Shown here piece by piece: positions 14,767 to 23,792 of a DNA stretch of 64,000 bases. Numbering within the stretch: the stretch's first letter is position 1; the number at the start of each line of letters is the position of its first letter. The notes under the pieces were generated by a model. That model made no database searches. It saw only the letters and a list, made by a program, of their open reading frames with translations, and was not told the origin of the DNA. The position numbers and the translations under genes were made by a program. This DNA comes from Terriglobia bacterium (GTDB taxonomy: Bacteria; Acidobacteriota; Terriglobia; JAJPHL01; JAPKYU01): positions 81,431 through 145,430 of the forward strand of contig CBDCVK010000002.1 in assembly GCA_965223005.1 (NCBI GenBank), given 5' to 3'.

Positions 14767-17343
14767 ATGTTGGTGAACACAATGTTGGGCGGACAGAAAA
14801 GACGATGGGCGGTCCTGTTGGTTGGGGCCGTTCTGGGCCTGTCGAGCGCTTCCCAGGCCGGGCCTGCCCCTCCCAAACTGCGGTCCTTGCGATTGATACC
14901 GCAGGATCGAACACTGTGGGGAGCGAAGGCATCCCAGCATTTCCTGGTCATTGGGAAATACAGCGATGGTCTGGAGCGAGACGTTACCGCCGAGAGCCGG
15001 TTCTCGATTTCTGATTCCAAGGTGGCGAAGGTGGATGCCGAGGGGCGAGTGGTGGCGCTGGCCGACGGAGCGGCGGTCTTGACGGCGTCGTTGGAAGGCC
15101 GGTCGGTCAAGACCGACGTTCGGGTAGCGGGCTCGCAGGAGATCCGCCCGTTCAGCTTCGCCCGTGATATTGGCGGAATCCTTACCAAGCGCGGCTGCAA
15201 CGACAGCTCCTGCCACGGGGGTGTGAAGGGAAAGGGCGGATTCAAACTGTCTCTGAACGCGCTCTACGCGCGCGATGACTACCAGTGGATTGTGGAAGGG
15301 GGGACGTTCCAGGTCCTGACCACGGAGGCGGGTGAAAAAGTCCCGCGGGTCAACCTGAAGGAGCCTGAGAAGAGCCTGCTGTTGATGAAAGCGACGATGG
15401 GTGTTTCGCACGGAGGCGGGCAGCCATTGCGTCCGAACTCGGCTGATTATGAAACGATCCTGAACTGGGTGCGGAACGGTGCGCCGTTCGGTGAGGAAGG
15501 CGACAAGGAGGGCGTGCGGGTGGTACGGGTCGGGCTAGAGCCGCTTGAATTAGTGCTGGCTCCGGAGGGCAAGCACCGGCTGCTGGTGACCGCTCACCTC
15601 TCGAATGGCCAACAAGAGGACATCAGCGACCAGGTTCTGTACGCCTCGAACAACTCCGAGGTGGTGAAGGTGGATCAGCAAGGCCAGGTGGCTGCGGTGC
15701 GGACGGGGGAAACTTCCGTGATGGTTCGAGCGGCAGGGTTTGCGACGAGCACCAGCGTCGGCGTGATTGGCAAACCGATCGCGCGGTATCCGAAAGTGCC
15801 GCACAACAACTTCATCGACGACTACGTATTCGCCAAGCTGAAGAAGTTCAACATTATCCCTTCCAAGCTTTCCAGTGATACGGAGTTCCTGCGTCGCGTC
15901 TGCCTGGACCTGACCGGGGTCTTGCCGCCGCCGGAGCGTGTGCGCGAGTTTGCGGCCAGCAGAGATCGGCGAAAACGGCAGAAGGTAGTGGAAGTTCTGC
16001 TGAACACGCCGGAATTCGTGGACTTCTGGACCTACCGCTTTGCCGACGTGTTCCGCGTGGCCCGATACGCGAACCAGATTAACCCGCGATCGGCACAGGC
16101 GTATTTTGAATGGATTCGCGAGAGCATCGCCGCGAACAAACCCTATGACCAGATCGCCCGCGAGCGAATTGCCGCGCAAGGTGCTGGCGCTGCCGCCGCC
16201 CATTACTTTCCTGCGGGAGAAGAGCGGAACCCAGAGCAGAAGATGGGCGAGCAGGTGCGCGTCTTCCTGGGCCGGAGATTCGATTGCGCGCAGTGCCACA
16301 ATCACCCCTTCGAGACCTGGAGCCAGGACCAGTTTTGGGGCCTGACTGCGTTCTTCGGCCGGATGAGTGGGGTAAAGTTTGGTCCACAGGATAGCAATCT
16401 GCACGGTTCGGTGCTCTTCGACGATCCGGCCGGCCAGGAAGTCGACTATGGCCAGACGGGAAGGAACAGGTTTGTGACGCATCCGCGGACCAAGGCGGTG
16501 GTTCAGCCGACTTTCCTCGACGGCCAACAGCTGCCGGAGTCAGAGCGGGCGGACCTGCGCTGGAAACTGGCCGAGTGGATGACCTCGCATCCTTACTTTG
16601 CCGAAGCCTCCGTCAACCGCGTGTGGGGATATTTCTTCGGGAGGGGGATCGTCGATGCGGTGGATGATTTTCGGTCCACGAATCCGCCAACCCACCCGGA
16701 TCTTCTGGAAGCGCTCGCCAAGGACTTCCGAGAGGGCGGTCACGATCTCAAGCGTCTGATGCGAACCATCGTCAACTCCCGGACCTATCAGCTCTCCAGG
16801 CTGCCGAACGAGACGAACGCTGATGACCGCATCAACTACTCACGCTTCATCCCCAGGCAGCTTGACGCCGAAGTGTTGCTCGATGCCATCTCCTCGGCCA
16901 CCGGGGTTCTCGAGCCGTTGCGTCACGGCTCGAAGCAGCATCTGCCGGGCACCCTGCCTCCAGGGTCTCGTCCGATCCATATGGTTGAGCCTGATGTTTA
17001 TCCCATACGGTTCCTCGAAGTGTATGGGCTCCCGAGCCGGATGGCAGTTCCGGAACGGAAAAACAAAAGCAACCTGCAGCAAGCCCTGCATATGCTGGCC
17101 GGAAACACCTACACCGAGAAGCTTGCGAAAGAGGGCGGGCGCATGGACCGCCTGTTGAAGAGTGGATCCTCCGACGCGAAGATCATCGAGGAGCTTTACC
17201 TTGCTGCCTTGTCGCGCTTTCCTTCGGATGCCGAACAGAAGGATGTGCAGCAGTGGATCAGCACCAGAGCTTCGCGGCCGGAGGCCATCCGAAACATCGT
17301 CTGGGCCGTGATCAGCTCCAGGGAGTTTGTCACCAACCACTGA
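14767..17343 (+). CDS. DUF1549 (PSCyt2) / DUF1553 (PSD1) protein with N-terminal Big_2-like Ig domains
   Basis: The track ORF starts at 14671, only 12 bp after the IS end. ATG at 14767 (preceded by GGAG..GAGGAG) gives the signal peptide MLVNTMLGGQKRRWAVLLVGAVLGLSSASQA. Motifs: CNDSSCHGG, FLRRVCLDLTGVLPPPERVREF, CAQCHNHPFETWSQDQFW, NRVWGYFFGRGIVDAVDDF. Confidence 0.85.
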   Translation: MLVNTMLGGQKRRWAVLLVGAVLGLSSASQAGPAPPKLRSLRLIPQDRTLWGAKASQHFLVIGKYSDGLERDVTAESRFSISDSKVAKVDAEGRVVALADGAAVLTASLEGRSVKTDVRVAGSQEIRPFSFARDIGGILTKRGCNDSSCHGGVKGKGGFKLSLNALYARDDYQWIVEGGTFQVLTTEAGEKVPRVNLKEPEKSLLLMKATMGVSHGGGQPLRPNSADYETILNWVRNGAPFGEEGDKEGVRVVRVGLEPLELVLAPEGKHRLLVTAHLSNGQQEDISDQVLYASNNSEVVKVDQQGQVAAVRTGETSVMVRAAGFATSTSVGVIGKPIARYPKVPHNNFIDDYVFAKLKKFNIIPSKLSSDTEFLRRVCLDLTGVLPPPERVREFAASRDRRKRQKVVEVLLNTPEFVDFWTYRFADVFRVARYANQINPRSAQAYFEWIRESIAANKPYDQIARERIAAQGAGAAAAHYFPAGEERNPEQKMGEQVRVFLGRRFDCAQCHNHPFETWSQDQFWGLTAFFGRMSGVKFGPQDSNLHGSVLFDDPAGQEVDYGQTGRNRFVTHPRTKAVVQPTFLDGQQLPESERADLRWKLAEWMTSHPYFAEASVNRVWGYFFGRGIVDAVDDFRSTNPPTHPDLLEALAKDFREGGHDLKRLMRTIVNSRTYQLSRLPNETNADDRINYSRFIPRQLDAEVLLDAISSATGVLEPLRHGSKQHLPGTLPPGSRPIHMVEPDVYPIRFLEVYGLPSRMAVPERKNKSNLQQALHMLAGNTYTEKLAKEGGRMDRLLKSGSSDAKIIEELYLAALSRFPSDAEQKDVQQWISTRASRPEAIRNIVWAVISSREFVTNH

Positions 17344-17362
17344 GTAGATTCAGGAGAACGCC

Positions 17363-18673
17363 ATGAGCAATACAGACTGGATGGGACATGCGAAACCGGG
17401 CATCGGACGCCGGGATTTTCTGCGCGTCGGCTCGCTGAGCTTTCTGGGGATCAGTCTGCGCAACTACCTGATGGCCGCGGAAAACCTGGCGCCCAACGGT
17501 AAGGCCCAGGCCTGTATCCTGCTGTGGTTGGAGGGTGGTCCCAGCCAGGTCGACACCTGGGATCCCAAGCCGAACAGCTCGTTCAAGCCGATCTCCACCA
17601 ATGTGCCGGGCATCCAGATTTCGGAGTTGTTGCCGAAAGTTTCGCGTCACATGGATAAGCTGGCGATTGTTCGCTCGCTGCATACGGAGGAGAACAATCA
17701 TCCCCAGGCGACCCACTACGTGATCACCGGGCACCGACCCATCCCCGCCTTGCAGTTCCCCTCGGTGGGCTCGATCATTGCCCGGGAAATGGCCAAACGT
17801 AATCAGATCCCTCCCTACGTGATTACTGACCGCTTAGAGCAGGAATGGTTCTTCAAGGCCTTCTATCTCGGTGCGGAGTACGAACCGATGGTGGTTCCCA
17901 ATCCGAGCCGTCCCGATTTCGCGGTGCCCGATCTGAGCCTGCCCAAATCGGTTTCGGAGAAGGTGATTGAGGACCGGCTTTCGACTCTCAAGGTCGTGGA
18001 CCGGCTGTATCGCGAGAAGGTCCAGCAAGCGGAGTTCGCCAAGATGGACCGCTTCACCGAGGCGGCCTGGAAGATGATCCTTTCTCCCAAGGTGAAAGAC
18101 GCCTTTGACATGTCCAAAGAGCCGGAGAAGCTCAAGGACGCCTACGGCCGCAATGGGTTCGGACAGGGCGCGCTGTTGGCGCGACGGCTGGTCGAGGCCG
18201 GCGCCCGTTTCGTGACTGCGGCCGGGTACAAGAACAATCAGTGGGACACGCACGGCGACAACGACAAACGCCACCGCGACACCCTCACGCCCCCCTTGGA
18301 TCAGGCCCTTTCGGCTCTGCTGGAAGACCTCGATCAGCGCGGCTTGCTGGAATCGACCGTCGTCATTGCGATGGGCGAATTTGGCCGCACGCCCCACATC
18401 AACCCCGAGCACGGCCGGGACCATTGGCCGGAATGCTGGTCTGTGGTGCTGGGAGGTGGCGGAATTCGGGGTGGGCAGATCATCGGAGCCAGCGACGAAC
18501 GAGGCGCGTACGTGGCCGATCGCATGGTCACCATGGGCGACATTTACGCGACGATCTACAAGGCCTTCGGAATTGACTGGGAGAAAACCTACATGACGCC
18601 CATTGGGCGTCCGGTCAAGATCGCCAACTCCATTGATGACAAGACCGGCGTGCCGATCAAGGAACTGGTCTGA
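17363..18673 (+). CDS. DUF1501 protein (sulfatase/alkaline-phosphatase-like fold, Tat signal)
   Basis: 436-aa ORF 20 bp after the preceding gene. Twin-arginine GIGRRDFLRVGSLSFLG. Conserved NQWDTHGDN and GEFGRTPHINPEHGRDHW. Confidence 0.88.
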   Translation: MSNTDWMGHAKPGIGRRDFLRVGSLSFLGISLRNYLMAAENLAPNGKAQACILLWLEGGPSQVDTWDPKPNSSFKPISTNVPGIQISELLPKVSRHMDKLAIVRSLHTEENNHPQATHYVITGHRPIPALQFPSVGSIIAREMAKRNQIPPYVITDRLEQEWFFKAFYLGAEYEPMVVPNPSRPDFAVPDLSLPKSVSEKVIEDRLSTLKVVDRLYREKVQQAEFAKMDRFTEAAWKMILSPKVKDAFDMSKEPEKLKDAYGRNGFGQGALLARRLVEAGARFVTAAGYKNNQWDTHGDNDKRHRDTLTPPLDQALSALLEDLDQRGLLESTVVIAMGEFGRTPHINPEHGRDHWPECWSVVLGGGGIRGGQIIGASDERGAYVADRMVTMGDIYATIYKAFGIDWEKTYMTPIGRPVKIANSIDDKTGVPIKELV

Positions 18674-18999
18674 GGCCAATGTCTGGCTGGTAGTTAGACA
18701 CAGGGACCTGCCACGACGAGTCTGAGTCTGCCAGAGGGCCAAACTCACCCGGATCATTGAGACGCAAATTCTCCGGACAGAGAAGTGTGTGTCTCACGGC
18801 CAACCTGAGGGAGAGTGTCGTGTGACGGCTTGTGAGTTGGCTCCCCAGTTCCCCAATCGGGAACTGGCCATAGCCAGACAGCATTGCGTAGCCCACGGTG
18901 GCCGAGTTTTTGGAACTGAAAGAACGAAATCCGCGTCTGAATAGAGTGGAAACTACTAAATTATTCTTCCCATTACGGGAAACCCGGCGAGCGACGGCA

Positions 19000-19278
19000 A
19001 TGAACCTAGATACTGCTGGCGAATTCAGGTCGGCATTGGCTAGACTGAAAGTTCAAGTGAGCCGACCGGCACTGCGCCGGAGCAGAACGCCGAAGCGCTC
19101 GGTGCTGTTACAACAAATCGAAGGTGCCCTGGAGCGGATCAACCAGGGTACGTATGGTATCTGCCACGGCTGCTTTCTGGTGATTCCCAGGAGCGAGCTA
19201 TTGAAGCGTCCTTACGCAGATTACTGTGCCCGCTGCCAGTCCCGGCGGGTGCAGTCTGTGCCGCGCGGTCGCCGATAG
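19000..19278 (+). CDS. TraR/DksA-family C4 zinc-finger protein
   Basis: C-terminal YGICHGCFLVIPRSELLKRPYADYCARCQ is a CxxC...CxxC pattern. The track ORF starts at GTG 18898, but ATG at 19000 (MNLDTAGEF..) is the more plausible start. Confidence 0.6.
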   Translation: MNLDTAGEFRSALARLKVQVSRPALRRSRTPKRSVLLQQIEGALERINQGTYGICHGCFLVIPRSELLKRPYADYCARCQSRRVQSVPRGRR

Positions 19279-19280
19279 TC

Positions 19281-19511
19281 ATGAACTGGGCTCCCGTACG
19301 CATAGTGGCTGGACTGGTTCTGGTTGCCCTGGGACTGGTGGGTGCGTTACTGCCAGTCGTGCAGGGTTGGGTGTTCCTGGTCCCTGGCCTGGCTCTGCTG
19401 AGCCGGCATTTCCGTTGGGCGCGCCGGCTGCGCGCGGCGGCGCGAAATGCCCGCGCCGGATGGAGACGGCGCAAGCTTCGCCGTCGACTGCCCGCTAACC
19501 CTTCTCCTTGA
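19281..19511 (+). CDS. Small two-helix membrane protein, PGPGW-like
   Basis: 76 aa, starting 3 bp after the previous stop. Hydrophobic [35 protein letters not shown] followed by an arginine-rich tail. The family assignment is a recollection, not a search. Confidence 0.4.
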   Translation: MNWAPVRIVAGLVLVALGLVGALLPVVQGWVFLVPGLALLSRHFRWARRLRAAARNARAGWRRRKLRRRLPANPSP

Positions 19512-19621
19512 AACCCCCACTCTGCCCCCCTTTACTTTGTCTTGGCATACTGGGCCCGCAGCTCGATGCCGAAACGAACACTGTAGCTGTCCAAGAGTCC
19601 GCATGGGGTATAATTGCCGTG

Positions 19622-19996
19622 ATGAACACTGGCATCGTGCCCGAGCACAGGCTATTCGCCCCCCATTCGGGTCTGAGCAAGAAGATTAACCACAGCATCA
19701 TCCAGTCGGAAATTGAGGGCGGTGTCTACTTGAACGCTGTACCAGAAGGAGCAACTCTGGAATTGCAGACTCAGAATCGCCGGTACCGCATCTTGAATCA
19801 GGGGCAAGGCCAGGTGCTGATCTCCGGCCATCCCGAGTTTTGCCCCTCCCCACGTCCGGCCTCCATCCACGGTTCCACCTGGGGGGGCTCCATGATCAAG
19901 CTGGGCTTCATCGGCCGGGGGATGCATCTGGAGTTTGCGCCGGCGGACGGCGAATTGGTCACCACCTCCCGCATCGTAGACCTCTGGGAAGTCTAA
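19622..19996 (+). CDS. Hypothetical protein
   Basis: Codon usage looks coding from [12 protein letters not shown].. onward. No motif recognised. The start is uncertain (track ORF begins at 19508). Confidence 0.4.
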   Translation: MNTGIVPEHRLFAPHSGLSKKINHSIIQSEIEGGVYLNAVPEGATLELQTQNRRYRILNQGQGQVLISGHPEFCPSPRPASIHGSTWGGSMIKLGFIGRGMHLEFAPADGELVTTSRIVDLWEV

Positions 19997-20134
19997 TAGT
20001 CTCGTTCAATAAACGCCCGGTCCCGCTTCGCGAGTCCCTGGACTGTTGCACCAGCTGATCGGTCAAGATAAAGCCAGGGTGCTCCGATCTCGTGCGCCGG
20101 TCTGTGGGAGCCGACCAGAGATGGAGATGCTAGA

Positions 20135-20392
20135 ATGGATGGAATGACCCCTGACCATCTAAGCTTGGGGGCACGACGAAGTACCCGCGTTCCCATGCGT
20201 GTTCCGGTACGACTGGGAATCAAGGAGGAGAAGGGAACGTTTCGGACGCTTGTTGCCTGGACGCTCGTGCTGAGTAAGCACGGTGCCAGAATCGAGAGCA
20301 AGCAGGCCTTGAATGTGAATCAGGAAGTCATCGTCACCGTGCTGCTCGGCGCAGCTACCTTTCGAGCGGCACCCTGGCACGAAAAACGTTGA
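20135..20392 (+). CDS. PilZ-like protein, C-terminally truncated paralog of 54374..54745
   Basis: RRSTRVPMRVPVRLGIKEEKGTFRTLVAWTLVLSKHGARIESKQALNVNQEVIVTVL aligns with RESGRVPLRLAVQLRIKDEKGTFRGLAAHTVVVGKYGAKIECKRPLDVNQEVTVTVL. Similarity stops after GTCACCGTGCT and the second half of the domain is missing. Confidence 0.55.
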   Translation: MDGMTPDHLSLGARRSTRVPMRVPVRLGIKEEKGTFRTLVAWTLVLSKHGARIESKQALNVNQEVIVTVLLGAATFRAAPWHEKR

Positions 20393-20504
20393 CCGCAGCT
20401 TGGCTTCCGGTTTAGGGTAGGGTGGCTTTTTTAGGCCGCTTTTAGGTCAAAAGCGCCTTACTGCGCGTGGTTTGGCCGAAAGAACGCAAAGGAGAGGATT
20501 GCAA

Positions 20505-21764
20505 ATGCCGGGACCTGGAATGGAGTTCATCGGGGAAGAGGAAGTCCAGGAAGTGTTGGAGGTGATGAGAGGAGGGTACCTCTTTCGGTATGGGATCTCA
20601 TTGGGCGCGCAAGTGGACCCCAGATTTCAGGGGAAGGTTTATCAATGCGAGCAGGAGATAGCGAAATACTCCAAGGTTCGCTATGCGGTAGCGGTCAATT
20701 CCGGAACGTCAGCTCTGCTGACGGCCCTGTGTGGGTTGGGGATTGGCCCGGGAGACGAAGTCATTGTGCCGGGGTTCACGTTCATAGCCAGTATTTCGTC
20801 AATCGTCTATGCAGGAGCCATCCCGGTACTGGCTGAAATTGATCGGACCTTCAATCTTGATCCCGGAGACGTCAGAGCGAAAATTTCTCCACACACAAAA
20901 GCCATTATGGCCGTACATATGATGGGGAACCCGGCACGGCTGGACGAACTCAAGGCGATTGCGGACGAGCACGGCCTGGTTCTGATTGAGGACTGCGCCC
21001 AGGCCTTTGGCGCTTCCTCGAAGGGCCGCCCTGTCGGGTCCATCGGCAAGGTGGGAACCTGCAGTTTCAATGTTTACAAGACCATCACCTCCGGTGAAGG
21101 GGGTATGGTCATCACCGATGATGAGGAGCTTTACAAACGATGCTTCGCCTTCCACGATCAGGGCCATTCGCCCCTGCGCACGGGCGTCGAAATCGGGAAG
21201 CGCCCTTTTTTCGGTCTCGATTTTCGCTTCACTGAGCTGCAGGCAGCAGTCCTCTTGGCCCAACTCCGAAAACTCCCTCATATGGTGAGCCGTTTGCAGG
21301 CTAACAAGACGCGATATAAGGAACTGATCAGTGACCTACCTGGCCTCGAGTTCCGGGAGGTTCTCGATCCAAAAGGCGATTTGGCAACCATGCTGACGGT
21401 TATCCTCCCTACGGCGGAAGTCGCCGAGAAAATAGCCAAGGAGCTAAAAACCAAAGTAGCCGCTGAGGCGGGCTGGCATGTCTATAATAATATGGAGCAA
21501 CTCATGGAGCTGCGGACGGCTAATGCCGTTCAATATCCGTTCACTTGTTTCCAGTATTACGCTAAAAATGGAAAGGAAATTCGCTACTGGAAGGGGATGC
21601 TGCCGCAAACGGACGCTCTGTTAGCACGGTCGTTGAACATTAGTATTGGCGTGCGCGACCCAGGTCTAAGTTCCGGGTTTGGTTTGACCGTCACCGATGA
21701 CTTAGAGACGGTGGAAAAACATGCTTCCACGTTTCGTCGTACCGCAGAAAAGTATTTGAAATAA
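20505..21764 (+). CDS. DegT/DnrJ/EryC1/StrS-family PLP-dependent aminotransferase (long form)
   Basis: ATG at 20505 is preceded by GGAGAGGA. Sequence features: GEEEVQEVLEVMRGGYLFRYG, AVNSGTSALLTAL, VPGFTFIAS, SFNVYKTITSGEGG. Confidence 0.85.
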   Translation: MPGPGMEFIGEEEVQEVLEVMRGGYLFRYGISLGAQVDPRFQGKVYQCEQEIAKYSKVRYAVAVNSGTSALLTALCGLGIGPGDEVIVPGFTFIASISSIVYAGAIPVLAEIDRTFNLDPGDVRAKISPHTKAIMAVHMMGNPARLDELKAIADEHGLVLIEDCAQAFGASSKGRPVGSIGKVGTCSFNVYKTITSGEGGMVITDDEELYKRCFAFHDQGHSPLRTGVEIGKRPFFGLDFRFTELQAAVLLAQLRKLPHMVSRLQANKTRYKELISDLPGLEFREVLDPKGDLATMLTVILPTAEVAEKIAKELKTKVAAEAGWHVYNNMEQLMELRTANAVQYPFTCFQYYAKNGKEIRYWKGMLPQTDALLARSLNISIGVRDPGLSSGFGLTVTDDLETVEKHASTFRRTAEKYLK

Positions 21765-21926
21765 GACATCGGCTGGAAATCTCCACATGCAAGACGACAT
21801 TTCCCTGACGGGAAGTTTTGTGCGACACGCGTGTTTATGCTGCCGCATCGGCGGGGCGTGGTTTTACCAGCGGACCGATCCGGCTTGGCAATGGCTGGGC
21901 ACTGGATTTCGCCAGTAGGAAGAAAA

Positions 21927-23102
21927 ATGGAAGGAAATTCTGTGATTCGCAAGCTTGGTCGGCGCCTGCGCCTAGGCGTGGTGGGCGGTGGCCCCGGCTC
22001 TTTCATCGGTGAGATCCATCGAGTTGCCTCACGGCTCGACAACCGTTACGAGATTGTCGCCTCCGTGCTGTCGTCGAATCCAGAACGCTCGCGAGCCGCC
22101 GGAAGGGACATCGGGTTGCCCGAAGATCGCGCCTACAGCCGCTTTGAGGAAATGATGGACAGCGAGGCCGGACGGAAGGACGGTATCGAAGTCCTGGCTA
22201 TTATGACGCCGAACGGGAGTCACTACGCACAATGTAGAGCCGCAATAGACCGCACCGTCGACATTATCTGCGACAAGCCACTAACCACCAAGGTACAGGA
22301 CGCAGTTGACCTGGTCCGCCGGGTACACAACAGTGGGCTCGTTTGCTGTGTGACCTACAACTACAGCGCTTATCCGATGGTGCGGCAGGCGAAAGCCATG
22401 GTTCAGGCCGGCGCGCTGGGAGAGATCCGCATCGTGCAAACCGAATACGTCCAGGGACATCTCATAAGATGGGTGGAGGACTTGTGGCGCGGTTCATGGC
22501 GGATGGACCCCGATGCGATCGGCGCTCCTTATGTAGTAGGCGACATCGCGACTCATGCCCACCACCTGGCCGAGTTCGTAACAGGGCTGAAGCTGAGCCG
22601 GTTGTGCGCCGATCTCGACGCTACCGTGCCGGGACGCAAGTTTTGCGACTATTCTGCTTTCTTGTTGCGCTACGACAACGGAGCCCACGGCATGATGTGG
22701 GCTACTCAGGCGGCCGCCGGTGCTTGCCATGGTCTCATGATCCGCGTTCACGGTGAAAAAGGCGGGCTGGAATGGTATCAGGAGCACCCCAACCATTTGC
22801 GCTTCGCTCCCGTGGGACAACCTGTTCAGGTGCTGGAACGAGACGGCCCCGGTTTGCTGCCGGCAAGTCAAAGGGTGACGCGGGCCGGATTCGGCCACCC
22901 GGAAGGCTATCATGAAACTTTCGCGACCCTTTACACCGATGCCGCCGAAGCGATCGCCGCTCGGCGAACGGGAACCGAAGCCGATCCGGAGCTCGACTTC
23001 CCGACCGTGGAAGACGGCGCAAGAGGTGTGAGGTTTATGGAGGCAGCCCTGCAATCGAGCCAAGCCGGCGGCACTTGGGTCGACTGTACCCTAAGGCTCT
23101 AA
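21927..23102 (+). CDS. Gfo/Idh/MocA-family NAD(P)-dependent oxidoreductase
   Basis: ATG at 21927 follows AGGAAG. Rossmann start LRLGVVGGGPGSFIGEIHRVA. Typical EKP-like CDKPLT motif. Confidence 0.85.
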   Translation: MEGNSVIRKLGRRLRLGVVGGGPGSFIGEIHRVASRLDNRYEIVASVLSSNPERSRAAGRDIGLPEDRAYSRFEEMMDSEAGRKDGIEVLAIMTPNGSHYAQCRAAIDRTVDIICDKPLTTKVQDAVDLVRRVHNSGLVCCVTYNYSAYPMVRQAKAMVQAGALGEIRIVQTEYVQGHLIRWVEDLWRGSWRMDPDAIGAPYVVGDIATHAHHLAEFVTGLKLSRLCADLDATVPGRKFCDYSAFLLRYDNGAHGMMWATQAAAGACHGLMIRVHGEKGGLEWYQEHPNHLRFAPVGQPVQVLERDGPGLLPASQRVTRAGFGHPEGYHETFATLYTDAAEAIAARRTGTEADPELDFPTVEDGARGVRFMEAALQSSQAGGTWVDCTLRL

Positions 23103-23139
23103 GGCCTAGAATTATCCCAGCAATCTCGAGGACACGCCG

Positions 23140-23715
23140 ATGAGCCCCGCGACCCATTTCCTTGTGGGATGGATGGTTGCCAACACTGGCGGTTTGAACC
23201 GCCGTGAACGCACGGCGGTAAGCGTCGCCGGCGTGATTCCCGACATCGATGGTTTAGGCGCCATCCCTGAAGTCCTCACGCAGAATAGCTCGCATCCTCT
23301 TAATTGGTTCTCCGACTATCACCATACATTTCACAACTTGACTTTTGCTGTCGTGGTGGCGTCGATCAGCTTCGCCCTGGCCACGCGTCGGTGGAAAATT
23401 GCGGCGCTGGCCTTTTTGAGTTTCCACCTGCACCTGCTGGGTGATCTCCTCGGTGCCCGCGGCCCAGACGGTTACCAGTGGCCGATTCCTTACCTTTTGC
23501 CTTTCTCGCGCGCTTGGGAATGGACCTGGGAAGGCCAATGGGCGCTGAATGCCTGGCCGAATTTTCTTATTACCTTCGTGCTGCTTTTGGCGACGTTCTA
23601 CTTAGCTTGGCAGCAAGGCTTTTCGCCCCTCGAAATGCTTTCTTCCTCGGCCGATAACGCTTTTGTGAGAACCCTTCGCGCTCGCTTTGCACACCGCGCG
23701 ACGGATCAGCAATAA
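23140..23715 (+). CDS. Membrane-bound metal-dependent hydrolase, YdjM/DUF457 family
   Basis: MSPATHFLVGWMVA..GVIPDIDGLG..HHTFHN..LHLLGDLL matches the histidine/aspartate pattern of this family. Confidence 0.7.
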   Translation: MSPATHFLVGWMVANTGGLNRRERTAVSVAGVIPDIDGLGAIPEVLTQNSSHPLNWFSDYHHTFHNLTFAVVVASISFALATRRWKIAALAFLSFHLHLLGDLLGARGPDGYQWPIPYLLPFSRAWEWTWEGQWALNAWPNFLITFVLLLATFYLAWQQGFSPLEMLSSSADNAFVRTLRARFAHRATDQQ

Positions 23716-23792
23716 ATACTGCAATAGCCTGTTCCAGAATCGGTTTGGTTATAGTTCGTGCCAGCAAGGGGGTGGCTGGCGTAGAATATTGA

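Noticed and set aside
18845-18867. A 9-bp-stem hairpin, CCAGTTCCC-caatc-GGGAACTGG, downstream of the first DUF1501 gene, as a fifth member of the mosaic repeat family.
   Set aside because: Its arm resembles the 13-nt motif only loosely. The arm order is reversed and the GCGTTATAC box is absent, so this is too weak to claim.
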